64,000 nt of DNA from an uncultured Bacteroidales bacterium (GTDB taxonomy: Bacteria > Bacteroidota > Bacteroidia > Bacteroidales > UBA932): contig CALVDF010000013.1 in NCBI GenBank assembly GCA_944326245.1, forward strand, positions 2,713 to 66,712, written 5' to 3'. Below, in pieces: positions 1-10,045 of the stretch. Under the pieces are notes generated by a model. The model searched no databases and was not told the DNA's origin. It was given only the letters and a program-made list of their open reading frames with translations. Within the stretch, counting starts at the first letter, position 1; each line of letters starts with the position of its first letter. The position numbers and the translations under genes were made by a program.

Positions 1-264
1 AAAATATCCAAGGAAGATTTTGACAGGATGATATCGGATTCCCATGAATTTGCCTGCTGGATGTATACAGTGGCGATACATCAGCTCTATGCCTGTGAGA
101 AAAAACTCAGTCTGATAAGCGGTACGGCTCAGGAACGGTATGTCGCCCTGATAAAGAACAGGCCCGATATTATCAGAAATGTTTCGATGAAGGACATTGC
201 CTCATATCTCGGGGTAACCCCGTCATATCTGTGCAAGTTAAAGCGCCGGCTTCTTGCCAAGTAG
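1..264 (+). CDS. Crp/Fnr-family transcriptional regulator, C-terminal part (5' end outside window)
   Basis: The frame is open from base 1 to the stop at 262-264. The tail VSMKDIASYLGVTPSYLCKLKRR resembles a Crp-type helix-turn-helix. Confidence 0.55.
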   Translation, partial: KISKEDFDRMISDSHEFACWMYTVAIHQLYACEKKLSLISGTAQERYVALIKNRPDIIRNVSMKDIASYLGVTPSYLCKLKRRLLAK

Positions 265-1173
265 TCTTCCCTGCCAGGTGTCGCGCTCCTCGAGACGGTT
301 TTCGAGCAGGCGGATGAGTTCGGCATTGCGTATGAGTCCCCATGGAGTGGAATTGACGAATCTGGGCGGGACTTCCCCGGCAATTCTTTCTATGTACAGA
401 TCCGGTCTGAGCCGTTCGAGGATGTCCGTCATGAAATCCAGGTACCCGTCCAGTGAAAATGTCACGAAATCGTCAGGATGTGATGCGAATTCCTTTTCCA
501 TGGCCGTGCCCTTGACTATCTGGAGCTGATGGAATTTGACTGAATGCAGGGGCAGTCTGTTGATGGCTTCCGTATATTCCATCATGTCAGCGATATTTTC
601 TCCAGGCAGACCGAAGATGAAATGTGCTCCCTGTCTGATCCCGCGTGAGGCTGTCATTTCCACAGCCCGAACGGCATCGGCAAATGTATGTCCCCTGTTG
701 ATGCGGGCGAGTGTCCTGTCATGGCATGACTCTATGCCGTATTCGATGATGACGATATGCTTTTCGGCCAGCGATGCGAGATAGTCCAGTATGGCATCAT
801 CGACACAGTCCGGCCTGGTACCTATGACAATGCCGGCAACAAGCGGATGCGAGAGGGCTTCTTCATAGATCCTGCGTAGTCTGTCCAGAGGGGCATAGGT
901 ATTGGAGTAGGGCTGGAAATACGCCAGAAACTTTTCCGCCTTGCGGTACCGTACCCTGTGGAATGTGATGCCCTCGTCTATCTGTTTGTAAATAGGTATG
1001 CCGGGAGTGCTGTATCCGGGGTGGAAGGCAGCATTGTCGCAGTATGTACATCCTCCTGTAGCGACACGGCCGTCACGGTTGGGACAGGTGAACCCTGCGT
1101 CAATCACGACTTTCTGCAGGCGCTCACCGTAGGTGGCCCTGAAGTAGCCTATGTAGGAATTGTACCTTCCCAC
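238..1173 (-). CDS. TIGR01212-like radical SAM protein
   Basis: 311-aa ORF with N-terminal GFTCPNRDGRVATGGCTYCDN (a radical-SAM Cys cluster as in the YhcC/TIGR01212 family). The start appears to be GTG. Its 3' end overlaps the convergent regulator by 27 nt. Confidence 0.8.
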   Translation of the reverse strand: MGRYNSYIGYFRATYGERLQKVVIDAGFTCPNRDGRVATGGCTYCDNAAFHPGYSTPGIPIYKQIDEGITFHRVRYRKAEKFLAYFQPYSNTYAPLDRLRRIYEEALSHPLVAGIVIGTRPDCVDDAILDYLASLAEKHIVIIEYGIESCHDRTLARINRGHTFADAVRAVEMTASRGIRQGAHFIFGLPGENIADMMEYTEAINRLPLHSVKFHQLQIVKGTAMEKEFASHPDDFVTFSLDGYLDFMTDILERLRPDLYIERIAGEVPPRFVNSTPWGLIRNAELIRLLENRLEERDTWQGRLLGKKPAL

Positions 1174-1175
1174 TG

Positions 1176-1622
1176 TTACAGCCTCACTTTGAATACAGCC
1201 TTGCGGATGGGCCCGTTACCAATCAGAGGTGCATGGCAGTCCTGGGGAAAGCAGATGACGAAATTGTCATCGGAGTAGCTGACATAGGCTTCCGGCCTCT
1301 CCTTGAGAAATGCGGTGTCTGTGGCCTCATCGTATTTGACTTCTACGCCAAGGCATTTTGAACGGTCCCGGAATCCGATGATCTCGCTTCCTTCCAGTAC
1401 TACATGAATGTCTATGAATGAGTCGTGGACTTCGAGTTGCACGTCCGCTTCGTCCTTGCCTTCCGTAATGGATACGGTGCACCATATGTTGTTCTCTTCG
1501 ATGATGTACTTGCCTTCCCCGATGGAGTGCAGGTCGTTCTTTTTCAGGAATTCCAGCACTTTGCTGAAAGAAGCATGGATGTTGAGGTACCTTTCGAAAC
1601 TTTTTATTGAATCAAGTATCAT
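1176..1622 (-). CDS. YhcH/YjgK/YiaL (DUF386) family protein
   Basis: Trimmed to the ATG at 1622 (MILDSIKSFERY...). HDSFIDIHVVLEGSE and CFPQDCHAP resemble the EbgC/TabA-like cupin family. Confidence 0.65.
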   Translation of the reverse strand: MILDSIKSFERYLNIHASFSKVLEFLKKNDLHSIGEGKYIIEENNIWCTVSITEGKDEADVQLEVHDSFIDIHVVLEGSEIIGFRDRSKCLGVEVKYDEATDTAFLKERPEAYVSYSDDNFVICFPQDCHAPLIGNGPIRKAVFKVRL

Positions 1623-1645
1623 TGTATCAGAATGTTGAAGTGTTT

Positions 1646-2791
1646 TCAGTATTTTCTGTAGATGGCCCTGCGGCTCAATGCCATGAGCACTGTAAGCAGG
1701 ATGATTACGGCTGCTGCCGGATGCAGTGTCTGGGGAAGAATCCAGGAGAATATCAGGCACAGGGCGGAAACGGCGGCAAGAATGTCTATGATGAGGTTCT
1801 TGGCCCAGGAATCAGGCATGAATACAGGTATGAGGAAGATGGGGTTCATCCACATCAGGTTCCAGTTATTGGCGGTCCATACATGCTCGGTGGCAAACCA
1901 CATCAGGCAGATGATGACGCCTCCCAGGCCCAGGACAATGTACAGGACAGTGGAGCAGATGCTCATGAATTTCCATTTGTTGCGGCTGCGCAGGTACAGC
2001 ACGAGATAGAGCACAAACAGGACGGTGAAGATGGAGAAAGGGCTAGTTGCCTTCGACAGGATCCTTGCTGCCTTGCCAGGCCCGGGAGCCGGCTCGGACA
2101 ATACCGTTGAAGATGTCATGAGCCTGCAGTCCAGAGTGTCGTTCCTGTATGAGGCTAGTATCGGGGACAGCCGGTCCGGCAGAAATTCAGATTCCCTTAC
2201 CGTGATCCTGCGGTCGACTTTGGCTCCCAGTATGAGGTCGATGCCGAACATCATCCATCGCCTGTCTCCGACCAGCCGTGTGAGCTCTTCGCGGTAAGTC
2301 AGGTCTGAAAGTGTATCGTCGAAGCTGAATCCCGGAGTGGTTTCGAAGATGTCCCTTATGCGCGTGGCGCAGTTGTCCTGAAGAAAGTCGTATAGATAAA
2401 ATCTGTTTGCGGGCTGATAGTTCTGCAGAAGGAATGCGTATATTTCCGATGCCTGTGCGGGAGTAAGGTTCATGTCCTGTTCCGTGATTCCGCGCCCGGC
2501 TTTGTCGTAGGAAACTTTGAAATTTTCAAAAGAATTGACGGACAGGCAGTAATTCAACTCTCCGCGCAGGAATTTCAGCATGAAGTGCGGTTCGTTGAAA
2601 CTGAATGTGCCATAGTTGAAAACCATGTCCCTGCCGTGGCGCAGATCCTTTACCCTCAAGGCGGAATGCCCGAATGCAGAGGCGATGTCATCTCCCTGGG
2701 AACATGTGAGCAGGGAGACGCTCAGTGAGTCCTGGGCTCTTGCGGATGCGGCAGCGGCGACCAGAATAAAAACAAGTAGAATCCGTTTCAT
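1646..2791 (-). CDS. DUF4105-like (Lnb N-terminal domain) membrane protein
   Basis: Trimmed to MKRILLVFILVAAAASARAQ (signal peptide). It has a periplasmic N-domain followed by several C-terminal hydrophobic helices. Confidence 0.55.
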   Translation of the reverse strand: MKRILLVFILVAAAASARAQDSLSVSLLTCSQGDDIASAFGHSALRVKDLRHGRDMVFNYGTFSFNEPHFMLKFLRGELNYCLSVNSFENFKVSYDKAGRGITEQDMNLTPAQASEIYAFLLQNYQPANRFYLYDFLQDNCATRIRDIFETTPGFSFDDTLSDLTYREELTRLVGDRRWMMFGIDLILGAKVDRRITVRESEFLPDRLSPILASYRNDTLDCRLMTSSTVLSEPAPGPGKAARILSKATSPFSIFTVLFVLYLVLYLRSRNKWKFMSICSTVLYIVLGLGGVIICLMWFATEHVWTANNWNLMWMNPIFLIPVFMPDSWAKNLIIDILAAVSALCLIFSWILPQTLHPAAAVIILLTVLMALSRRAIYRKY

Positions 2792-2837
2792 AATAAATAA
2801 TTTCAAAAATACGAAAAACTCGCCTATATTTGCAGGA

Positions 2838-3806
2838 ATGAAGAAAGTTTTGTTCATAATTCTGTCTGTGGCCCTCATTTCCGTGTCAATGCTTCCGGCT
2901 GCCGCCAGGAACAGCATGGGCCTGATTTCTGTGTCAGTGACCGATATGAAGAAAGCCCCGGACTATCAGTCCGAGACTGTCTCCCAGGCGACTATGGGCA
3001 CTCCGGTAGAAGTGACAGGCAAGGAAGGGTACTGGTATTCGATCATTACTCCTGAAGGGTATACGGGCTGGACGACCGAGCAGAACATAGCGTTGTTGTC
3101 CGACGGGCAAATGGAGGCGTGGAAAAAGTCAGTGCGCCTTATCGTGAAGGATTATTTTGCAATTGTAACGGCTTTGCCTGAGGAAGGGGCCCCCGTGGTC
3201 TCGGACTGCGTGATGGGCAATATTATCGGGAAGGGGAAGGCACAGTCCGCGGCCGGTTTTACTGCTGTGGTTCTGCCTGACGGCAGGGAAGGATTTGTTC
3301 CTTCCGGAAGTGTAGTCCCGCTGCGGGAATGGATGGAAAGTGTCTCGTCTCCTGATGGAGAGGACATTGTGGCTACGGCCCGTCTTTTCCTGGGATTTCC
3401 TTACCTGTGGGGCGGACTTTCCCCCAAGGGACTTGATTGCAGCGGACTGGTCAAATTGAGCTATTTCCTGAACGGAATAATCGTCCTCAGGGATGCCTCC
3501 CAGCAGATCGGGACAGGGGAAAGCCAGGACTGCAGCCGGATAACGGAGACTCTTCAGCCGGGGGATCTGGTGTTTTTCGGCCGCGGTGCGGCAGACAGCC
3601 GCGGGAGAAGTGTCAGCCATGTGGGCATATACGCAGGTGACGGCATGATGATCCATTCCTCCCTTCGGGTCCGTATGAATTCACTGCTGCCCGGACTTGA
3701 GGATTCCTATACGAGCAAGCAGATCGTAGGGGCAACGCGCATATTGGGATGTCAGGACAGGGAACCGGGTATAGTGACGGTCCTGAGGCATCCATGGTAT
3801 TTTTGA
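2838..3806 (+). CDS. NlpC/P60 (C40) peptidoglycan peptidase with SH3-like N-domain
   Basis: Start set at MKKVLFIILSVAL (signal peptide). GLDCSGLV (catalytic Cys) and SHVGIY (His) motifs are present. Confidence 0.85.
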   Translation: MKKVLFIILSVALISVSMLPAAARNSMGLISVSVTDMKKAPDYQSETVSQATMGTPVEVTGKEGYWYSIITPEGYTGWTTEQNIALLSDGQMEAWKKSVRLIVKDYFAIVTALPEEGAPVVSDCVMGNIIGKGKAQSAAGFTAVVLPDGREGFVPSGSVVPLREWMESVSSPDGEDIVATARLFLGFPYLWGGLSPKGLDCSGLVKLSYFLNGIIVLRDASQQIGTGESQDCSRITETLQPGDLVFFGRGAADSRGRSVSHVGIYAGDGMMIHSSLRVRMNSLLPGLEDSYTSKQIVGATRILGCQDREPGIVTVLRHPWYF

Positions 3807-3843
3807 ACAAAGTGAATGTAAAACAATATAAATCGCGATTATT

Positions 3844-4125
3844 ATGAATCTCAGAGTTATCAAAAAAGACATCAACTACATGGTGAACGAGTTCGTATCG
3901 GACGCAGTCATCAGCATGAGTTTCCATGAAGACAAGGAAAAGGCAGAGCAGATAGTGGCTCTCATCAACGATGTTCTCGATCTGCGCGACGAGACACTCT
4001 CCAAGGTCAGCCATCCTGAAGGGGACAAGAAGGCCTATTACCGCAACCTCACCGACGAGCTGCTCAGCGCTCTCGATGTAAAGTACGACAATCTCAGTGC
4101 AATAGTGGCCAAGAAAGCCGAGTAA
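3844..4125 (+). CDS. hypothetical small protein
   Basis: 93-aa ORF with an ATG start in an otherwise non-coding gap directly upstream of guaB. I recognise no motif. Confidence 0.45.
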   Translation: MNLRVIKKDINYMVNEFVSDAVISMSFHEDKEKAEQIVALINDVLDLRDETLSKVSHPEGDKKAYYRNLTDELLSALDVKYDNLSAIVAKKAE

Positions 4126-4143
4126 CCAATAGGAACGGCCGCT

Positions 4144-5613
4144 ATGCAGATATATACCAATTCCCCTATAGTGGAGGGCCTCACATTTGACGATGTCCTC
4201 CTTATCCCTGCCCATTCTGACGTATTGCCGCGTGAGGTGGATGTTTCCACCAAGCTGACCAGGGAAATATCTCTTCATACTCCTATCGTGTCCGCAGCCA
4301 TGGATACTGTCACGGAGGCCGATCTTGCTATCGCAATAGCCAGGGAGGGCGGTATAGGCGTAATTCACAAGAATATGCCTATAGAGGTCCAGATGGAGCA
4401 GGTGCGCAAGGTAAAGAGGGCTGAGAACGGCATGATCTATGATCCGGTGACCATCAGGGAGAACGCAACTGTAGCCGATGCCCTCAATCTCATGCATGAG
4501 AACCACATCGGGGGCATTCCTGTTGTAGATGAGCACGGAATGCTCTGCGGTATTGTCACCAACCGTGACCTGCGCTTCCAGGACAATCTCAAGACTCCGG
4601 TGAGTGAAGTGATGACCAAGGAGAATCTTGTGACCACTACTGACGGTACCAATCTCAAGGAAGCTACCGAACTCCTCCGCCGCTACAAGATAGAGAAGCT
4701 GCTTGTAGTCGACAAGGTGGGTCATCTGGCAGGACTTATCACCTACAAGGATATAATGAAAATCAAGGACAATCCTACTGCCAGCAAGGATTCCAAGGGA
4801 CGTCTTCTCGTGGCTGCAGCTGTCGGCATCAACTCCGAAAGTGTGCAGAAAGTGGAGATGCTCATGAGTGTCGAGCCGGACGCGCTTGTTTTCGATACGG
4901 CACACGGACATTCAGAAGGTGTCCTCAGGGTATTGAAGACAGTACGCAAGAAATTCCCTGATCTTCAGATTATTGCAGGAAACATTGCTACGGGTGAAGC
5001 CGCTCTGGCACTCAAGGAATGCGGAGTGGATGCAGTAAAGGTGGGTATAGGTCCAGGTTCGATCTGCACTACCCGCATCATCGCCGGTGTAGGTGTACCT
5101 CAGCTGTCTGCCATAATGATGGTTGCAGAGGCCCTGAAGGGTTCAGGCATACCTGTAATCGCAGACGGAGGTATCCGTTATTCGGGAGATATAGTGAAGG
5201 CTCTGGCAGCCGGAGGCGATACCATCATGGCCGGCTCCCTCTTTGCCGGAGTCGAGGAGTCTCCTGGAGAGACCATTATCCTCAACGGGCGCAAGTTCAA
5301 GTCATACCGCGGAATGGGCTCTCTCGAAGCCATGCAGCTCGGCTCCAAGGACCGTTACTTCCAGGACATGGAGGAAGACATCAAGAAGCTGGTTCCGGAA
5401 GGTATCGTGGCTCAGGTCCCGTACAAGGGAACGCTGGCGGAAGTGGTTTATCAGCTGGTTGGCGGTCTGCGTTCGGGTATGGGTTACTGCGGTGCCCACA
5501 ATCTCGCGGAACTCAAGAAGGCCCGTTTTGTACGCATTACAGCCGCCGGTATGGCCGAAAGCCATCCGCACGATGTGACCATCACGCGTGAGGCTCCAAA
5601 CTACAGCAGATAA
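4144..5613 (+). CDS. guaB: IMP dehydrogenase
   Basis: 489 aa with a CBS pair inserted in a TIM barrel. [11 protein letters not shown] (catalytic Cys loop) and [10 protein letters not shown] are present. Confidence 0.97.
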   Translation: MQIYTNSPIVEGLTFDDVLLIPAHSDVLPREVDVSTKLTREISLHTPIVSAAMDTVTEADLAIAIAREGGIGVIHKNMPIEVQMEQVRKVKRAENGMIYDPVTIRENATVADALNLMHENHIGGIPVVDEHGMLCGIVTNRDLRFQDNLKTPVSEVMTKENLVTTTDGTNLKEATELLRRYKIEKLLVVDKVGHLAGLITYKDIMKIKDNPTASKDSKGRLLVAAAVGINSESVQKVEMLMSVEPDALVFDTAHGHSEGVLRVLKTVRKKFPDLQIIAGNIATGEAALALKECGVDAVKVGIGPGSICTTRIIAGVGVPQLSAIMMVAEALKGSGIPVIADGGIRYSGDIVKALAAGGDTIMAGSLFAGVEESPGETIILNGRKFKSYRGMGSLEAMQLGSKDRYFQDMEEDIKKLVPEGIVAQVPYKGTLAEVVYQLVGGLRSGMGYCGAHNLAELKKARFVRITAAGMAESHPHDVTITREAPNYSR

Positions 5614-5628
5614 GAGCCCCTGTCAGCC

Positions 5629-6480
5629 ATGAAAAAGTACGTGTGGCTGCTGGCACTCTGTATTTCGGTTTCGTCCTGCCGGCTCTATGACAGTCTCTTC
5701 AAGGGGGATGTAGTCGCCAGAGTCGGCAAGGATGTGTTATACAGCAGTGATATAGAGAATCTGGGCATACGTGGTTTTTCGCGGGAGGACAGCGTGGAAA
5801 TGGTCGGACGCTATATCCGTTCCTGGGCCAAGGACCGTCTTCTGCTTGACATAGCGGAGAGCAGGCTGTCCAAGGCGGACCGCGATGTCACAGCCCAGCT
5901 TGAGGAGTACCGCCGTCAGTTGCTGGTATACCGCTACGAGCAGCAGTATGTGGTGCAGCGCCTTGATACAGTCATTACGGAACAGGAAAGCCGGGAATTC
6001 TACGAGGCGAACCAGGAAAGCTTTATCACGCATGTGCCTCTTATGCGGGGCAGGTATATCAGGATAAGTGAAAATTCCCCCAACCTCAATCCTGTCAGGA
6101 GCCTGTACCGCTCCGGCAGCATCGAGGACATCGACCGTCTGGACCAGCTTTGCCATTCGTCTGCAGACAGGTATTGGATATTCGAAGATTGGGTGTCAGT
6201 GGATGTCTTGCCGGACGGAACCGGGATGGAGCTGTCCGAGCTGGCAGCAGCATTGGAGGAAAAGTCCTATTTGGAAAAGAGTTATCTTGGGTATACCTAT
6301 CTGGTGAAGGCCGATGATTATGTGCCTGCAGGCCGTGTAGCTCCGTATTCTTACTGCACGGCCCTTGTACGGGATGCAATCCTCAGCCGAAGAAAGCAGG
6401 CTCTTCTTACCAGTTTGGAACGAAATCTGCTTAATGATGCAATAGCATCCGAGAAATTGAAAATTTATACCAACGAATGA
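5629..6480 (+). CDS. SurA-N-like periplasmic chaperone lipoprotein (hypothetical)
   Basis: Signal peptide with lipobox (LALCISVSSC). It sits in the guaB-PPIase-OstA arrangement common in Bacteroidales. The sequence assignment is weak. Confidence 0.45.
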   Translation: MKKYVWLLALCISVSSCRLYDSLFKGDVVARVGKDVLYSSDIENLGIRGFSREDSVEMVGRYIRSWAKDRLLLDIAESRLSKADRDVTAQLEEYRRQLLVYRYEQQYVVQRLDTVITEQESREFYEANQESFITHVPLMRGRYIRISENSPNLNPVRSLYRSGSIEDIDRLDQLCHSSADRYWIFEDWVSVDVLPDGTGMELSELAAALEEKSYLEKSYLGYTYLVKADDYVPAGRVAPYSYCTALVRDAILSRRKQALLTSLERNLLNDAIASEKLKIYTNE

Positions 6481-7838
6481 ATAGACTCAGAATCATACTG
6501 ACCGTTCTGGTCCTGACCTTTTTGCCATTTGCCGGCATCCATGCCCAGAAGTACGACGGTGTTATAGACAAGACTGTTGCCCAGGTAGGCAACAGTGTAA
6601 TCCTCCTTTCCGACATAGAGGAAGGTGTGGATATAATGAAGTATCAAGGCTATGTGTCGGACCGCAACCTCAGATGTGTGGTCCTGGAGAACAGTCTGGT
6701 GTCCAAACTGTTTTATACTCAGGCTCTCCTGGATAGTCTTACCGTCAACGAAGACATGGTCAACGCTGCTCTCAACGAGAGGATAAACGGCATTCTTTCG
6801 CGCTTCGGAGGAGAGGAAGCGACTGAGGATTTCTACGGCAAGCCGCTCCACAAGCTCCGTCAGGAGTGGCGGGAGATGTTCATGGAGCAGAACCTGGTGC
6901 AGGAGATGCAGCGCAAGATTGCGGGAGGCATTTCCGAGGTGACTCCGAAGGAAGTTCAGCAGTTCTACCGCAAAACGCCGAAAGACAGTCTTCCTGTCAT
7001 ACCTGTCCAGTACCAGTATAGCCAGATAGTGATATACCCCAATGTGGAAAGGGCCAATATGGCTGTCAGGGAGCGGTTGCTGGAGTTCAGGCAGAGGATA
7101 CTGGACGGGGAGAAATTTTCCCTGCTGGCGACTCTGTATTCGGAGGACAACAGCGCTATGCGCGGCGGTGAGTTGGGAATGAGCTCCAAGGACGTGTTCT
7201 GGCCTGCGTTCAGTGATGCCGCGATGGCCCTCAAGGAGGGACAGGTGTCACCTATCGTCGAGACTCCGGACGGTTTTCATCTTATACAGATGATCGAGAA
7301 GAAGGGGAATATGTTCAATGCCAGGCATATCCTGCTGCGTCCCAGATATACGGCAGAGGACAGGGATTCGGCTTTTGCCAGACTTGATTCCATACGGACT
7401 GTCATACTTGAGGACAGTATCACTTTTGAACTTGCGGCCAGGAAGTATTCCCAGGATACCAAGAGCCGCACCAACGGCGGTATAGTTTCGGACCCCAATA
7501 CCGGTTCCCCGTCATTCGACGTGGACAGGCTCAAGCCGGCCGATTACAGAATGCTGTCTACGATGAAGGAGGGGGAAATATCGCAGCCGTTCGAATCGGT
7601 GGACGACGAAGGGCGCAACGGTCATACCGTATATAAAATAGTCCGCCTGGACAAGGTCCGTCCGTCGCATACGGCCACTTATGAAAACGATTTCAACGTC
7701 CTGCTGGAGGTGGCCACCAATCACAAGACGATGGAAGCGATGGAGAAGTTCATCAGGGACAAGCAGAACACGACGTACATCGTGATAGATCCGATGTTCA
7801 GAGGTTGTGATTTCGAACGGGAAGGCTGGATCAAATGA
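6477..7838 (+). CDS. SurA-like peptidyl-prolyl isomerase (parvulin type)
   Basis: 453 aa with a signal peptide and two parvulin-like segments (GGELGM...FHLIQM; NGGIVSDP...). The start overlaps the upstream stop. Confidence 0.75.
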   Translation: MNRLRIILTVLVLTFLPFAGIHAQKYDGVIDKTVAQVGNSVILLSDIEEGVDIMKYQGYVSDRNLRCVVLENSLVSKLFYTQALLDSLTVNEDMVNAALNERINGILSRFGGEEATEDFYGKPLHKLRQEWREMFMEQNLVQEMQRKIAGGISEVTPKEVQQFYRKTPKDSLPVIPVQYQYSQIVIYPNVERANMAVRERLLEFRQRILDGEKFSLLATLYSEDNSAMRGGELGMSSKDVFWPAFSDAAMALKEGQVSPIVETPDGFHLIQMIEKKGNMFNARHILLRPRYTAEDRDSAFARLDSIRTVILEDSITFELAARKYSQDTKSRTNGGIVSDPNTGSPSFDVDRLKPADYRMLSTMKEGEISQPFESVDDEGRNGHTVYKIVRLDKVRPSHTATYENDFNVLLEVATNHKTMEAMEKFIRDKQNTTYIVIDPMFRGCDFEREGWIK

Positions 7839-9997
7839 GACGGGAATTACTGATAGCGGTGCTGTTGGGCCTGTTTACGGCTATGCCGCTGGCAGCAGTG
7901 CCTAGGCAGCAGGAAGACAAGGATTCGCTTGTCCGTCTGATAACTGCAGACAGGGCCCGGCTGGTGGAAATCGGCGGCCAGCAGTACAGAAAGGTGGTGG
8001 GCAATGCTGTATTTCTGCATAACGATACGTACCTGTACTGCGACAGTGCGTATTGGAACGTTGACAAGGAATATATTGATGCTATCGGGCATGTGCGTAT
8101 AGAACAGGAGAATACGGTCCTGACAGGGGACAGTCTCAAATATGTCATCAATGAGAATACGGCCAAATTCAGGGGACATCTGGTGGAATTGACGGACAGG
8201 GACAGTAATGTGTTGAGGACCAATTTCCTGGATTACAATACGAGGGACAGTGTCGCGGTTTTCTACCGCGGTGCTGCGATGAAGGACCATGACGGCAATC
8301 TTATAGAGAGCATCACTGGGAGGTATCAGTCCAGACTGGAAAGATTCGATTTCATAGGAAGGGTGGAAATGTTTTCCGATTCCCTGTTCTTCTCGTGTGA
8401 TACCCTGGTGTATGATGCGCGGATGGATATAGCGCATTTCTATGGCGATACCAGAGGCTGGTACGACCGTAACTGTATTTCGTCGGGATCAGGCCGATAT
8501 GTAAGGCCTGAAGAAAAGTTCTATTTCCGCAAGGATGTCCATATTCTCACCGAAGACCATGAGCTGTGGTGCGATTCCCTCTACTATGACAGGATGAAAC
8601 AGTATTCACATCTGCTGGGCAATGTCCAGCTTCTCGATACAGTGGACAATGCTCTGGTCCTTGGCGGGGAGCTCCGCTACTGGAATGACCCGCGGAGGGC
8701 CGAAGTATACCGGGATCCTGCACTTGTCATGCTTGAGGAGGCTGAAGACGGTGGGGTAGACTCTCTGTTTATGGCTGCGGACATGTTGCTGTATTACACT
8801 CAGCGCATGTTTGAAGTGGACAGCGCGATCGTGGCCTATGCCAAGGAAAGATATGAGGACGCTCTTGTTGATCCTCTGGCTGAGAAAAAGCAGAACAGCC
8901 AGACTTCAGGAGGTGGAGCTCCGTCCGGAGCTGCATCCGGCGGGACCCGGGGAGCCGGGACCATGGGAGGAAGTACTGCCAGAGGGACCGGTGCCCAGGG
9001 CTCCGGTGCTGTCGGAAATACAGCCCGTACCGGTGGCGGAGCGGCCGGCGGACTTCAGGGTGCCGGGGTTAAAGGCGGGCAGGCGGCCGGGGAAGTCAGG
9101 AATGCCGGAGGCACGTTGCCGTCTCCTATCCCTCCGGATACCGATACTGTGTCCACAGCAGCAGGTGATACGACGGCAGTCCGCGACATGCCGTCTCCGA
9201 TACCGGTATCTGATTCCGTATCGGTTGCGGATTCCATGACAGTCGCTGATTCCGTCGCGGTACCTCCCCCTCCTGACACGACACAGGTTTCCTTTGTAAG
9301 GGCTTTCCATGATGTGCGCATATTCAGGGAGGGAATGCAGGTTCTGTGTGATTCCGTAGAGTTTACGTCCATAGATTCACTGGCGAGACTTTACGGAGCT
9401 CCGGTGATATGGTATGAAATCAAGAGTCAGATAACGGCAGACAGCATGCAGTTCCTTGTCCGCAACCAGGTTCTGGACAGGGGATACCTGTTTTCCAATG
9501 CCTATGTCATATCAGAGGAGGAACCGGACAAATTCTATCACCAGATCAAGTCTCCGGAGATGATAGGCTATTTCGACGGCAACAGGATTTCAAGGTTCGA
9601 TGCGCTTGGAGGGGTGACTGCCATGTTCTATGTCGCCGAGGATTCCCTGATAACTACCATGAACCAGAAGGAGTGCCGTCTGATGACAGGCCGTCTTAAG
9701 GATGGCCAGCTTCAGCGTATCGTATATATGGAAAACGTCAAAAGCGACGCATGGCCGATAAGGGATCTGACTCTGGAGAAAAGCCGGCTTAGGGACTTCA
9801 ACTGGATGCCTGACCGTAGACCGGCTGATCGTTTTGATGTAACTACCTGGCCGATACGAGCTTCCAGGAGATCGGAAATGACGCCGTCTCCATATTTCCC
9901 CAAGTTCAAGTACGCTGAAAAGTACTTTGAAGGGTACATGAAACATATTATGGCGGAAATAGAGAGCAGAAAGCCCTTGATATGGGTGGAGCGATGA
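7835..9997 (+). CDS. OstA-like (LptD N-terminal-like) protein with a long low-complexity insert
   Basis: 720 aa with a signal peptide. It has OstA-like beta-jellyroll repeats at both ends and a Gly/Ala/Ser/Thr/Pro-rich insert encoded at about 8885-9285. Confidence 0.55.
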   Translation: MRRELLIAVLLGLFTAMPLAAVPRQQEDKDSLVRLITADRARLVEIGGQQYRKVVGNAVFLHNDTYLYCDSAYWNVDKEYIDAIGHVRIEQENTVLTGDSLKYVINENTAKFRGHLVELTDRDSNVLRTNFLDYNTRDSVAVFYRGAAMKDHDGNLIESITGRYQSRLERFDFIGRVEMFSDSLFFSCDTLVYDARMDIAHFYGDTRGWYDRNCISSGSGRYVRPEEKFYFRKDVHILTEDHELWCDSLYYDRMKQYSHLLGNVQLLDTVDNALVLGGELRYWNDPRRAEVYRDPALVMLEEAEDGGVDSLFMAADMLLYYTQRMFEVDSAIVAYAKERYEDALVDPLAEKKQNSQTSGGGAPSGAASGGTRGAGTMGGSTARGTGAQGSGAVGNTARTGGGAAGGLQGAGVKGGQAAGEVRNAGGTLPSPIPPDTDTVSTAAGDTTAVRDMPSPIPVSDSVSVADSMTVADSVAVPPPPDTTQVSFVRAFHDVRIFREGMQVLCDSVEFTSIDSLARLYGAPVIWYEIKSQITADSMQFLVRNQVLDRGYLFSNAYVISEEEPDKFYHQIKSPEMIGYFDGNRISRFDALGGVTAMFYVAEDSLITTMNQKECRLMTGRLKDGQLQRIVYMENVKSDAWPIRDLTLEKSRLRDFNWMPDRRPADRFDVTTWPIRASRRSEMTPSPYFPKFKYAEKYFEGYMKHIMAEIESRKPLIWVER

Positions 9998-10007
9998 TAT
10001 TTTTTTG

Positions 10008-10015
10008 TACATTTG
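10008..10015 (+). promoter_or_regulatory. -7 promoter box TACATTTG (TAnnTTTG) for hutH
   Basis: Exact match to the Bacteroidetes -7 consensus, 31 nt upstream of the ATG at 10046. It lies inside the TTG-extended ORF, which argues for the shorter start. Confidence 0.55.
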
Positions 10016-10045
10016 TCAGTTATTCGATTTAATAACTACAAATGT

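Noticed and set aside
3613-4911. 432-aa ORF antisense to guaB
   Set aside because: It lies entirely within, and opposite to, a very confidently identified gene. It has no recognisable motifs and is typical of GC-driven shadow ORFs.
8885-9285. Repetitive G/A-rich DNA considered as a CRISPR or non-coding tandem array
   Set aside because: It stays in frame within a long ORF with conserved flanks. There is no repeat-spacer periodicity. It is coding low complexity.
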